From: Victivallaceae bacterium
GTDB lineage: Bacteria > Verrucomicrobiota > Lentisphaeria > Victivallales > Victivallaceae
Length of the DNA: 55,396 bases
Assembly: GCA_045657185.1 (NCBI GenBank)
Contig: JAZOSO010000129.1
Location: forward strand, 1 to 55,396
Reading direction: 5' to 3'
Both the position numbers and the translations under genes were made by a program. Numbering within the stretch: the stretch's first letter is position 1; every line of letters starts with the position of its first letter. Under the pieces are notes generated by a model. It was not told the DNA's origin and did no database searches. It saw only the letters and a list, made by a program, of their open reading frames with translations. Shown piece after piece: positions 43,270-53,100 of this stretch.

Positions 43270-43989
43270 TTACACCATAAACGGCTGTTTATTTACACGG
43301 TGTACCAGAATTTCATCAATCACAGCATTGGTGCGGTTGGCAAGGAAAAAATGTACTATTTGAGCAATATCTTCCGGCATTATCATTCCGTCAGATTTGA
43401 GGTCAGGGCGGGAGACTTTGACCATATCGGTATAAACACCGCCGGGAGCAACAGCATGAACGCGAATTCCCTGCTGATAATATTCAGCAGCGATGCTTTT
43501 AGTCAATCCGAGCAATGCGTGTTTTGACGCGGAATAAATACTTTGCAGCGGATAACCTGCATGACTGACTACAGATGCAATATTTATAATCGTTGCAGAT
43601 GAAGATTTTTTCAGATAAGGCAAAAGCTGCTGAGTCATCATAAACGGAACTTTTACATTGATTGCCATTATGCGGTCATATTCCTCTATGGAAATATCTT
43701 CAAATGCGGTACTCTGTGCCACACCTGCATTATTGATAAGAACATCAACACCACCGAACTTTTTCGCCGTTTCAGCAACGCCGTCACGGATAAAATCAGC
43801 TGAAGTAAGATTGCCGGGCAGAACCAGACAATCAGTATATTGTTTTACAATTTCAGCAGTCTCTTCAAGTTTGGCAATATTATTACCGCCGAAAAGGACG
43901 ATTTTCATTTGGCACTGCGCCAGTTTGACGGCAACAGCTCTGCCGATACCGCCGCCGGCACCGGTTATAACAACAACTTTATTTTCCAT
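43270..43989 (-). CDS. SDR family oxidoreductase
   Basis: 239 aa with TGAGGGIGRA (cofactor site), NNAG and the catalytic YSASK. An AGGAG RBS is present. Confidence 0.9.
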   Translation of the reverse strand: MENKVVVITGAGGGIGRAVAVKLAQCQMKIVLFGGNNIAKLEETAEIVKQYTDCLVLPGNLTSADFIRDGVAETAKKFGGVDVLINNAGVAQSTAFEDISIEEYDRIMAINVKVPFMMTQQLLPYLKKSSSATIINIASVVSHAGYPLQSIYSASKHALLGLTKSIAAEYYQQGIRVHAVAPGGVYTDMVKVSRPDLKSDGMIMPEDIAQIVHFFLANRTNAVIDEILVHRVNKQPFMV

Positions 43990-44049
43990 TCAACACTCTC
44001 CTGTAAAGAATTGATTTATGCAAAAAATTCTCTCTTTACAGCAAATCAA

Positions 44050-46233
44050 TTATCTTTTATTACTTTTGACAAATGAAGCGAAATCGGCGGCAATATTTAC
44101 TGCTTCATTCAGAACGCCGTCACTTTTTGCTTTCTTTTTGCTGTCTTTTTCATTGAGAGAACGGCGGCTTTCCTCATATATCTTTTTCTCTGCAAAATAT
44201 TCTTTGTAGCGTTCTTTTTCATTCAGAGAGCGTCTGTTTTCCTTGCGGTATTTAGTGTAAATATCTTGCTCTTTTTTAACTGCGGCAAAAAATTTATCTG
44301 CAGCAACACGCTGTGCTGATTTCTTGCTTAGAGTATTCAATATATCACTGAAATTCTGATAATACGGCTTATATTTACAGGCGTTTATCTCATCCCACGG
44401 CAGATGATTTTTGCTGAAACGCTCCCCGATTTCCATGACTTCGCTCAAAGACGGAATTACAATATCCGCAGAAATACCAAGCTGCTGAACCGATGAACCG
44501 TTGACTCTGTAAAATACAGCTGACTCATACTGCAATGAACCTGCATCAAAGTTTATCGGAATGAGTGAAAAAAGGTCATTAAGTTTAACAACTTCAAGTA
44601 CAGTTCCTTTACCGAATGATGTACTGTCTCCGACAATCAACGCCCGCTGATGGTCACGCATTGCACCGGAAAAAATCTCTGACGCACTCGCAGACATGCG
44701 GCTGTTCAATACAACCAGCGGCCCTCTGTAAGCAATATAATTCTTGTCCATATCCTCACGGACGCCGAATCTGCCGCTGCGGTCACGAATTTGAACAACA
44801 GGTCCGTTGATAAAAAGTCCTGCCAGCTGAATTGCTTCCATCAGACTGCCGCCGCCGTTTGAACGCAAGTCAACAACAACAGCATCAACTTTCTGTTTAT
44901 TGAAATCCTGCAAAATATTATTGACATCGCGGCTGACACTGCGGTAATCTTTTTTACCTGCCATGGCACCTTCAAAGTCCATATAAAAGCTCGGAATAAA
45001 AATAACGCCGATTTTCTTGGCATCAGCACCGGTCCCGACAGTGCGGACAGAACCTTTAGCCCCTGCTTCTTTAAGCTCAATTTTCTGACGGACAATTTCA
45101 ATAAACTGCGGTTTTGCATTTTTGCCTTTGTCGCCGGGAAGAATAGCCAGACGGACAACTGAGCCTTCCTTACCGCGGATAAGTTTTACCGCATTTGAAA
45201 CTGACATATTGACAACATCGACTATTTTTCCGTCTTTGCCCTGACCGACACCGATAATACGGTCTTCAACTTTAAGTCTGCCGTCAAGTGCGGCGGGACC
45301 GCCCGGAACTATTTCAACAATACGGATAAGGCCGTCTTCACTGGTCAGAGTAGCACCGATACCGGAAAGCGACAAACTCATGCGAATATCAAAATCCTCG
45401 TCGCTTTTGGGAGAAAGATAACTTGAATGAGGACCGTAAACCTGAGCAACCGCAGTAAGATAAATATCCAGAACATCAAGAACGTTTTTCTGCATGACAT
45501 CATTATTTATATCTTTCAGCAGATTGAGAATTTTAACTTTGGGGTCTTTACTGCCCCAGAGGGCGCGTATTTTTTCAATACGTTTTTCTTCGTCACTCTC
45601 TTTGCCGTCATGGTTCTCTGCCATCATTTTTTCATACATGCGCAAATTGAGGATTTCATTTTTCAGCCGTTTGCGCCACAATTCATACATCTCGTTTTTA
45701 TTGGCGGGACGGGGAGCTTTGCTGCGGTCAAGGATGATATTTTCATTAACGCTGAAATCAAAATCCTTTTTGAGCAATTTCTCTGCGAACTCACGGTATT
45801 CCGCCATGCGGGATTTAAAAAGGTCATAGACCTCAAAAGCAAAATCCGCATTACCATTCTCCAAATCATCATCCAGAGTATTGTAACGGCGTTCAAACTT
45901 TTTCAAATCTTCTTCAGTAAAATAGATGCGTGCAGGGTCAAGCATTTCAAGATATTTTTCAAAAACTCTATGCGAAAAATCATCATTGAACGGCTGTGAA
46001 CGATAGTGACGGGACTGCAGAATTGCCACTACATTGCGTGTGACATAACGGATGCGTGAAGCATTGGCTTTCTGTCCTGCATCCTCGGTAAATGAATAAG
46101 ACCTCTGCTTTTCCTGACTTACTGCGGCATTGAGCGAATTTATGAAATTACTGAAAAAGAATACAAAACATCCGCAGACAAGAAATACAACAGCACTGCT
46201 TAAAACGGCATGAATTTTTACTTTGTTTTTCAT
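44050..46233 (-). CDS. prc: tail-specific (C-terminal processing) protease, peptidase S41
   Basis: 727 aa with an N-terminal anchor. A Prc-like N-domain (FEKYLEMLDPARIYFTEEDL), a PDZ domain (LSGIGATL), the catalytic Ser region SASASEIFSGA and the Lys region FGKGTV are present. Confidence 0.9.
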   Translation of the reverse strand: MKNKVKIHAVLSSAVVFLVCGCFVFFFSNFINSLNAAVSQEKQRSYSFTEDAGQKANASRIRYVTRNVVAILQSRHYRSQPFNDDFSHRVFEKYLEMLDPARIYFTEEDLKKFERRYNTLDDDLENGNADFAFEVYDLFKSRMAEYREFAEKLLKKDFDFSVNENIILDRSKAPRPANKNEMYELWRKRLKNEILNLRMYEKMMAENHDGKESDEEKRIEKIRALWGSKDPKVKILNLLKDINNDVMQKNVLDVLDIYLTAVAQVYGPHSSYLSPKSDEDFDIRMSLSLSGIGATLTSEDGLIRIVEIVPGGPAALDGRLKVEDRIIGVGQGKDGKIVDVVNMSVSNAVKLIRGKEGSVVRLAILPGDKGKNAKPQFIEIVRQKIELKEAGAKGSVRTVGTGADAKKIGVIFIPSFYMDFEGAMAGKKDYRSVSRDVNNILQDFNKQKVDAVVVDLRSNGGGSLMEAIQLAGLFINGPVVQIRDRSGRFGVREDMDKNYIAYRGPLVVLNSRMSASASEIFSGAMRDHQRALIVGDSTSFGKGTVLEVVKLNDLFSLIPINFDAGSLQYESAVFYRVNGSSVQQLGISADIVIPSLSEVMEIGERFSKNHLPWDEINACKYKPYYQNFSDILNTLSKKSAQRVAADKFFAAVKKEQDIYTKYRKENRRSLNEKERYKEYFAEKKIYEESRRSLNEKDSKKKAKSDGVLNEAVNIAADFASFVKSNKR

Positions 46234-46234
46234 T

Positions 46235-46759
46235 TTAAAATGCTTTCCTGCGTCTTTTCATCTCTTCTGCGGCACAATCAACAACACTCATCAGGAACTC
46301 TTCCTGATACTCAGCTTTGATTGCATGAAAGAGAGAAAGAATGTGATTTTCCTCAGCGGAAAGTTCTTTAATTTCAAGCATTACAACATCTTCATTATTA
46401 ACAGCATCCGCAAATGTTTCAGTAAAAGCTCTGCGGTCTGACTTGCCGAGAGAAGAAAAAGTATCAAGTAAAACCTTGTCATTACTGGTAAGTTCATCAA
46501 GATAATGTCCCATGCGCGGCGCACTGCCGATACGAACGGGACGAACTTCATCAACTTCAGCTTCTTTGAGCAGCAGATAGCGGCGAAGTTCAGGATAAAT
46601 CTTACGCAAAGTCTCACTCGGAGCGTATTTTCCTTTGCGGTCACTGAAGCGGCGGAGGGTATCTTTGCCGACACCTGTGCGTTCAGACAACTCTCTGAGG
46701 GAGACGGCTTTCAAGCATTTTTCAAATGCTTTAGCTATATCATCATTTATTTTTTTCAT
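46235..46759 (-). CDS. HTH-domain protein of unknown function
   Basis: 174 aa with a putative HTH (SLRELSERTGVGKDTLRRF). Its stop lies 1 nt before the prc ATG. Confidence 0.7.
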   Translation of the reverse strand: MKKINDDIAKAFEKCLKAVSLRELSERTGVGKDTLRRFSDRKGKYAPSETLRKIYPELRRYLLLKEAEVDEVRPVRIGSAPRMGHYLDELTSNDKVLLDTFSSLGKSDRRAFTETFADAVNNEDVVMLEIKELSAEENHILSLFHAIKAEYQEEFLMSVVDCAAEEMKRRRKAF

Positions 46760-46825
46760 TATATTTCATCCATGTTAAAAATTGTATCTGTTTGAATATA
46801 ATACATAAACGGCAAAATACAAACC

Positions 46826-48871
46826 TTATTCATCCAACATTGAGAAAATTTTTGCAAATGCAGCTTTCAGATCGTCCTGCGACAACTCTTTGATAAAATC
46901 GTCGGGTTTGCCGGTCTGCAAAGCATCTTTTGGCAGCAGATGCAGAAACGGCGATTCGGTACGGACTTTTCTCTGTCCCCGGATATAACGCTCACGCGAA
47001 CAAGTCAGGAAAAGTTCTTTTTTGGCACGGGTTATCGCCACATAAAAAAGGCGTTTTTCCTCGTCAACAGAACCTTCCTCAAGCGACCGTTCATGCGGAA
47101 ATGAGTCTTTCTCCATAGCAACGATAAAGACAAACGGATATTCCAAACCTTTGGCGGCATGGACCGTTGACAATGTGACTCCAGTTTCCTCTTTTTCCTC
47201 GGTGCGGTCATTCTCCTCAAGCAGAGAAAAACTCTCCAGATAATCTGCAAGCGTCGGAGGTTCTGAACATTTGTTTTCATACTGAGAGACAGCAGAGATA
47301 AATTCATCCACATTTTCGCGGCGGGCGCGTGCGTCTTCAATATCCTTATACATTATCTGCATACCGTCAAGAAACCCCGTTTCACGCAGAAATGCAGTTA
47401 TTTTGGCGGCTAAATCTCCTGGAACGGCAAAAGCTTTGCGGGCATTATCAAATGCAGCAGTAAGTTTTTTGGCTCCCTCTGCACCTTTGGCAGAAACAGC
47501 TTTCAGAAACTCCTCCTGAGCAATAAGCTGTATCATCGGAGTTTTGCTGACACTGTAAAGATTTTTCAAAGTATCAACAGCTTTTTGCGCCAGTCCGCGC
47601 GGAGGAGTTCCGAGAATACGCAGGAAGCTCTGATTATCACGCTCATTTACCAGCAATTTCAAATACGCTGCGGCATCCTTGATTTCCTTGCGGTTGTAAA
47701 AATCCTGACCGCCTACCAGAGTGTAAGGAATATCCGCCTGACGCAAGGCACTTTCAAGTTCACGGGAAAGGTGATTTGAGCGATACAAAATAGCAAAATC
47801 CTCATATTTCAAATCCGGATTTTCACCCATTTTCTGTCTGATCATTGCGGTAATGAATTCACACTCTTTTTCGCTGTTTTCCGCATTAACGGCAACCAGA
47901 TCTCCGCCGTCACCGAGTGCGGACCACAATTTTTTATCATGCCGCGCAGCATTGGTGCGTATTACTGCGTTAGCGGCATTCAAAATTTTATTGACAGAAC
48001 GGTAATTCTGCTCAAGTTTGATTTCACATGTTCCGGGAAACAAGTTGGGGAAATCAAGAATATTTTCAATTTCAGCACCGCGCCAGCCGTAAATACTCTG
48101 GTCATCATCACCGACCACACAGAGGTTGCAGCGGTCGCCGGCAAGCATTTTTATAACCTGGAACTGCGCGGCGTTGGTATCCTGATATTCATCAACCAGC
48201 AAATAACGGTACTGCTCCTGATAACGTTTCAGAACTTCGGGATATTCGCTGAAGATACGATAAACCAGCATAATCATATCATCAAAATCAACCATATTCT
48301 GAAGCTCAAGCAGTTCCTGATAAGCAAAATACAATGCACTTGCCATTACATCAACATCTGTTGCGGCAATATTACGTGCCTCCTGCGGAGTAAGGAGCTG
48401 ATTTTTCCATGACCCGATACGGTTTACAAGCACATCCATACTGCACTCATCCTTACTCCAGCCGAGCTGTGCAAGCGCCTGCTTGTACAATCCCTGCTGG
48501 TCACCTGTATCAGCAATAGTAAACCCCGGCAGATAACCGAGATGCGTAATATCACGACGCAGAACTTTCACACAAAAGGAGTGAAATGTTCCGAGTGTCA
48601 CTTTTTGTGCCGAAGCAGGTTCAATCAGCGACGCCAGACGCTCACGCATCTCTTTTGCCGCCTTGTTGGTAAATGTAAGTCCGAGTATGGAATCAGGCTG
48701 AATTCCCGAAGCAATCATATAAGCAATACGGAATGTGATAACCCGTGTTTTGCCTGTTCCCGCACCGGCAAGAACCAGCACAGGACCATGCATAGTTTTT
48801 ACAGCTTTCTGCTGTTCAGGATTCAAAACTTTTAAAATCTCATCACAAGTCATGGATTTTATTCCGCTCAA
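46826..48871 (-). CDS. UvrD/PcrA/Rep family ATP-dependent DNA helicase
   Basis: 681 aa with SF1 motifs AGAGTGKT, LLVDEYQDTN, VGDDDQSIYGWRGA, QNYRS and VHAAKGLEY. Its start overlaps the purO stop (ATGA). Confidence 0.93.
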   Translation of the reverse strand: MSGIKSMTCDEILKVLNPEQQKAVKTMHGPVLVLAGAGTGKTRVITFRIAYMIASGIQPDSILGLTFTNKAAKEMRERLASLIEPASAQKVTLGTFHSFCVKVLRRDITHLGYLPGFTIADTGDQQGLYKQALAQLGWSKDECSMDVLVNRIGSWKNQLLTPQEARNIAATDVDVMASALYFAYQELLELQNMVDFDDMIMLVYRIFSEYPEVLKRYQEQYRYLLVDEYQDTNAAQFQVIKMLAGDRCNLCVVGDDDQSIYGWRGAEIENILDFPNLFPGTCEIKLEQNYRSVNKILNAANAVIRTNAARHDKKLWSALGDGGDLVAVNAENSEKECEFITAMIRQKMGENPDLKYEDFAILYRSNHLSRELESALRQADIPYTLVGGQDFYNRKEIKDAAAYLKLLVNERDNQSFLRILGTPPRGLAQKAVDTLKNLYSVSKTPMIQLIAQEEFLKAVSAKGAEGAKKLTAAFDNARKAFAVPGDLAAKITAFLRETGFLDGMQIMYKDIEDARARRENVDEFISAVSQYENKCSEPPTLADYLESFSLLEENDRTEEKEETGVTLSTVHAAKGLEYPFVFIVAMEKDSFPHERSLEEGSVDEEKRLFYVAITRAKKELFLTCSRERYIRGQRKVRTESPFLHLLPKDALQTGKPDDFIKELSQDDLKAAFAKIFSMLDE

Positions 48872-49503
48872 ATAGTTTTGACAGCGATATCAAAATTGCC
48901 GTTATCACAGACAACACATGCTGCGGCAACAGGATTTTCAAAATCAGCAAAAACACCGCCTGAAACAACATAATCACATGCAGCTTCAGCATTTGCAACA
49001 TCAAAAGCAGCATCAAGGTTGTCATCGCAGGGACGGTTCTTTTCATAAGTTGAAATATAGAGAGCCTGACCGTTTTTGAGTTCAAATTCACGAACCAATA
49101 CTGCATCTTTGCGGACAATACCGAGGAAACCTCTTGTTCCGTTCATTTCAACTGCACCGACGATACGGGGAGTATCAAGAGAGTCATGTTCATAGTCCAA
49201 TGCCAGCAAGCCCAAAGTCATTGCATCACGGACAGGCATGCCTGAAGCGATTTTTTCAGCGATAGGGTCAGTCTGAGAACCGTTGCTTACGACTGCATAA
49301 TCACCGGCAATGCGGACGCAGTTATAAGTGATGTAGGGGTTCTTCTGCAAATCGCCTTCAAAACCGGGACGGGGCATAACAGCAACTTTGTCGCCCATTT
49401 TGACGGTTTGACGATTGGGGAATGAACGGGAAGAAACACGATACATGGCAACATTTTTTCCATCATTGGTTCTGCCGATTGAAACGATACGACCTAAATA
49501 CAT
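48868..49503 (-). CDS. purO: archaeal-type IMP cyclohydrolase
   Basis: 211 aa. MYLGRIVSIGRTNDGKNVAMYRVSSRSFPNR ... NPYITYNCVRIAGDYAVVSNGSQTD ... LDTPRI closely follows the PurO sequence pattern as I remember it from methanogens. An AAGGAG RBS is present. Confidence 0.85.
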   Translation of the reverse strand: MYLGRIVSIGRTNDGKNVAMYRVSSRSFPNRQTVKMGDKVAVMPRPGFEGDLQKNPYITYNCVRIAGDYAVVSNGSQTDPIAEKIASGMPVRDAMTLGLLALDYEHDSLDTPRIVGAVEMNGTRGFLGIVRKDAVLVREFELKNGQALYISTYEKNRPCDDNLDAAFDVANAEAACDYVVSGGVFADFENPVAAACVVCDNGNFDIAVKTI

Positions 49504-49529
49504 TTTTTTACTCCTTTATATTATATGTG

Positions 49530-51104
49530 TTAAAAAATTTGAGTTAATCCGATTACATTCATAAATACAATCCAAATAACAACAGGAACAGCAAAACGGA
49601 TAAGCACTGCCCATAATGAAATTATGGTCATACCTGAATAATCATTCTGTCTGACACCTGAAAGCAATGTCCAAATATTTACATTGATAATATTCCCGGC
49701 ACCTTTGTTCAACTCTTCGGAGGCATACTTTGTCCCCCATACCCAGCCGACAAACAGCGCAGTAAAAAGTCCGGACAACGGCAAAAACCAGTTGGAACAA
49801 ATCGTATCAAGCATATCAAAGAAACTGCCTGAAACATATTTTACTCCGAAAATTTTGTCCAGAATTTTTTTGAGCCATGCCAAATTATCCCAGTTGGCAA
49901 CACTCAATGCAGAACCGACACCTAAAAGTGTAATGACGATTGCAGAGCCGACAAGAGCTTTAATTCTTGATATTTTGAACTGGTCATTAAGAAATGCCAC
50001 GGTTATTTCAAGCAGACTCATACCACTGGTAATCGCAGCAATGGAAAGCATCAGGAAAAAGAAACCGCACCAGACCGCACCGCCGGGAATTTTGCTGAAT
50101 GCGGCAGGCAGAATTTCAAACAGCAGACTCGGTCCCTGTGCTTCATTGAAGCCCATGGCAAAGACAGCAGGAAAAATTGCAAGTCCTGCCATAATAGAAG
50201 CAGCAGTATCAAACAAGGCAATCTGAAATGATGCTTTGAAAAGATTCTGCTTGGAACTGAGATAACTGCCGTAAGTAATAATAATACCCATTGCCAGACT
50301 CAATGTATAAAATGAATGTCCGAGAGCATCAAGCACACCTTCTCTGCTGAGTTTGCTGAAATCAGGATAAAGGAAAAATCTTACGCCTTTGCCTGCGCCT
50401 TCCAGCATGAGATTGCGGACAATAAGCACAATAAGCAAAACAAACAATGCGGGCATAAGGATTTTTGACCAGCGTTCAATACCGTTTTTGACACCGCCGA
50501 TCAAAATCAGCACACACAGCACCATAAAAATCAGCATACAGCCGACTGAAGCATAGGGATTTGAAATGAATGAGCTGAAAACTTCTCCCGCCGCCTCTTT
50601 GGTCGTATAATGCAGTTGACCGGCGAATGCTTTGTAAACATAAGCCAATGCCCAGCCGCCGACAACGCTGTAATAAGAAAGAATTACAGCACTGCTTAAA
50701 ACCTGCAAAAATCCGACTAATTTAAAGCCTTTCCAATAAAAAAGAACAGCTATCAGCAATGCAAGTATGCCGAATGCAACTTTCCCGGAAAGAAAAAGCA
50801 GTACAGAAAGGATAAATACAATGACTGTTAATGCAGTAAGCAGAACTGACCGTCTGCCGCAATCAAGCGTACCGAATGCGCCGTACGGATTTTTCTGTGT
50901 TCTTCTGCCGACAGCCATTTCGCAGAACATAATCGGAATGCCGACAAAACAAATGCTCAAAAGATAAATCAATACAAAAGCACCGCCGCCGTTGACTCCC
51001 GTAATATAGGGGAAACGCCAAATGTTTCCGAGACCGACTGCCGAACCTACCATCGCAAGCACAAAACCGATTGAACTTGCAAAATGTTCTCTTTTTTCTT
51101 CCAT
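49530..51104 (-). CDS. sodium-dependent transporter, neurotransmitter:sodium symporter (SNF) family
   Basis: 524-aa polytopic protein. The N-terminal signature is FASSIGFVLAMVGSAVGLGNIWRFPY. Confidence 0.9.
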   Translation of the reverse strand: MEEKREHFASSIGFVLAMVGSAVGLGNIWRFPYITGVNGGGAFVLIYLLSICFVGIPIMFCEMAVGRRTQKNPYGAFGTLDCGRRSVLLTALTVIVFILSVLLFLSGKVAFGILALLIAVLFYWKGFKLVGFLQVLSSAVILSYYSVVGGWALAYVYKAFAGQLHYTTKEAAGEVFSSFISNPYASVGCMLIFMVLCVLILIGGVKNGIERWSKILMPALFVLLIVLIVRNLMLEGAGKGVRFFLYPDFSKLSREGVLDALGHSFYTLSLAMGIIITYGSYLSSKQNLFKASFQIALFDTAASIMAGLAIFPAVFAMGFNEAQGPSLLFEILPAAFSKIPGGAVWCGFFFLMLSIAAITSGMSLLEITVAFLNDQFKISRIKALVGSAIVITLLGVGSALSVANWDNLAWLKKILDKIFGVKYVSGSFFDMLDTICSNWFLPLSGLFTALFVGWVWGTKYASEELNKGAGNIINVNIWTLLSGVRQNDYSGMTIISLWAVLIRFAVPVVIWIVFMNVIGLTQIF

Positions 51105-51128
51105 ATTATCCTCTCTTTGTTAGGGGGG

Positions 51129-52922
51129 TTAACGGTTGCTGCGTCTGCGTTCAAGTTCGGTAAGATAGAGTTTACGCAGACGGATATTTTTCGGGGTTAT
51201 TTCCACGAGTTCATCATCATTGATGTACTCAAGTGACTGTTCAAGCGACATTTTGCGGGCGGGAATAATTTTCAAATTGCGGTCACTGCCTGAAGCACGC
51301 ATATTGGTAAGCTGTTTACCTCTTTGAACATTGACGACCAGGTCATCTTCCTTGCAATGTTCTCCGACAATCATACCTTCGTAACAATTGTCATTGGGGT
51401 CAATGAAAAATGTTCCGCGTGCCTGCAAGCCGTCAATAGCATAAGCTGCCGCTTTACCGCCTGCCATACTGACCATTGTTCCGACATTTCTTGAAGGAAC
51501 GGGACCGCGGTCGGGAGCGTATTCAAGAAAACGGTGTGCAACAATGGCTTCGCCGCCTGACAGAGTCAGAGCCTTACTGCGGAAACCGATAAGACCTTTG
51601 GTCGGGATTGTAAATTCAACCAGCTGTCTGCCGCCTCGTGCTTCCATATTGACCATTTCACCGTGTCGGATACCTGCAAGTTCAATGATTTTGCCGGCAT
51701 ATTCATCAGGAACATCAACAACGAGAGTTTCAATCGGCTCGCAGATAACGCCGTCAATTTCTTTTTGGATAACCTGCGGTTTGGCTACTGCAAGTTCATA
51801 ACCTTCACGGCGCATAGTTTCAATGAGAATGGCAAGATGCAGAACACCGCGTCCTGAAACTTTAAATGAATCTCCGTTCATTTCTTCAACTCTCAATGCA
51901 ACGTCTTTTTCAGTCTCTTTAAAAAGTCTTTCTCTCAAATGACGGCTGCTGACATATTTTCCTTCCTGACCGTAAAACGGAGAATCATTAATACGGAAAA
52001 CCATAGACAAAGTCGGTTCGTCAATGGCAATGGGAGGCATTGCTTCAGGATTATTTGCATCAGCAATTGTATCACTGATATCAATACCTTCAAGACCGAC
52101 GATACCGCACAATTCACCGCAAGGCACAAATCCTGTATCTTTTCTGCCAAGACCTTCAAATGTGAAAATCTGTTTGATTGCCGCAGGCATAACTTTGCCG
52201 TCACGCTTGATGACTGACAGAGGTTTGCGGATATCCAAATCACCGCGGTAAACACGGCCGATACCGATACGGCCGACAAATTCAGAATAATCCAGAGTTG
52301 CAATCTGAATCTGCAAAGGTCCATCTTTGCGAGGCGGCGGCTCCACATATTCCAGAATTGCATCCAACAAAGGCTCCAGTGATTCGCGCGGGTCATTCAA
52401 ATCACGCACTGCCCAGCCGTCTCTGCCGGAAGCATACAAAGTCGGATAATCCAGCTGTTTCTCACTTGCATCAAGTTCACAGAAAAGGTCAAAAACTTTG
52501 TCCTGAACCACATTCACTCGGGCATCGGGCTTATCAATTTTATTGATGACAACAATCGGCTGCAAATCAAGCTGCAGAGCTTTGCTGAGAACAAAACGGG
52601 TCTGCGGCATGGGACCTTCTGCAGAGTCAACCAGCAGAACCACACCGTCGGCAAGTTTCAAAACTCGCTCAACCTGACCGCCGAAGTCACTGTGTCCGGG
52701 AGTATCAATAACATTGATTTTGGTACCTTTGTACTGAATGCTGATATTTTTTGAGAGAATAGTGATACCGCGTTCGCGTTCAAGGTCATTATTATCCAGA
52801 TAACAATCAACGACTTCCTGATGTTCACGGAATACTTTTGACTGACGCATAATCTGGTCAACAAGTGTAGTTTTGCCATGGTCAACATGGGCAATAATTG
52901 CAATATTTCTGATGCTTTGCAT
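51129..52922 (-). CDS. typA: translational GTPase TypA/BipA
   Basis: 597 aa. IRNIAIIAHVDHGKTTLVD, DTPGH and NKID GTPase motifs are present, with an EF-G-like domain order and a BipA C-terminal domain. Confidence 0.95.
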   Translation of the reverse strand: MQSIRNIAIIAHVDHGKTTLVDQIMRQSKVFREHQEVVDCYLDNNDLERERGITILSKNISIQYKGTKINVIDTPGHSDFGGQVERVLKLADGVVLLVDSAEGPMPQTRFVLSKALQLDLQPIVVINKIDKPDARVNVVQDKVFDLFCELDASEKQLDYPTLYASGRDGWAVRDLNDPRESLEPLLDAILEYVEPPPRKDGPLQIQIATLDYSEFVGRIGIGRVYRGDLDIRKPLSVIKRDGKVMPAAIKQIFTFEGLGRKDTGFVPCGELCGIVGLEGIDISDTIADANNPEAMPPIAIDEPTLSMVFRINDSPFYGQEGKYVSSRHLRERLFKETEKDVALRVEEMNGDSFKVSGRGVLHLAILIETMRREGYELAVAKPQVIQKEIDGVICEPIETLVVDVPDEYAGKIIELAGIRHGEMVNMEARGGRQLVEFTIPTKGLIGFRSKALTLSGGEAIVAHRFLEYAPDRGPVPSRNVGTMVSMAGGKAAAYAIDGLQARGTFFIDPNDNCYEGMIVGEHCKEDDLVVNVQRGKQLTNMRASGSDRNLKIIPARKMSLEQSLEYINDDELVEITPKNIRLRKLYLTELERRRSNR

Positions 52923-53100
52923 AAAAACTTTCTTTCGTATTAAAAATTCAAAAAATATACATTTACATAATATAGCACTTTTTTGTCAGAAAATAAAGTT
53001 TTTTTTGTAATTTTTTTCATTTATCTTTGAATATTTTATTTATTGCTGTATATTTAGTCTCAAAGTATATATATTATAACACATTAAATAAGGATTTTGT

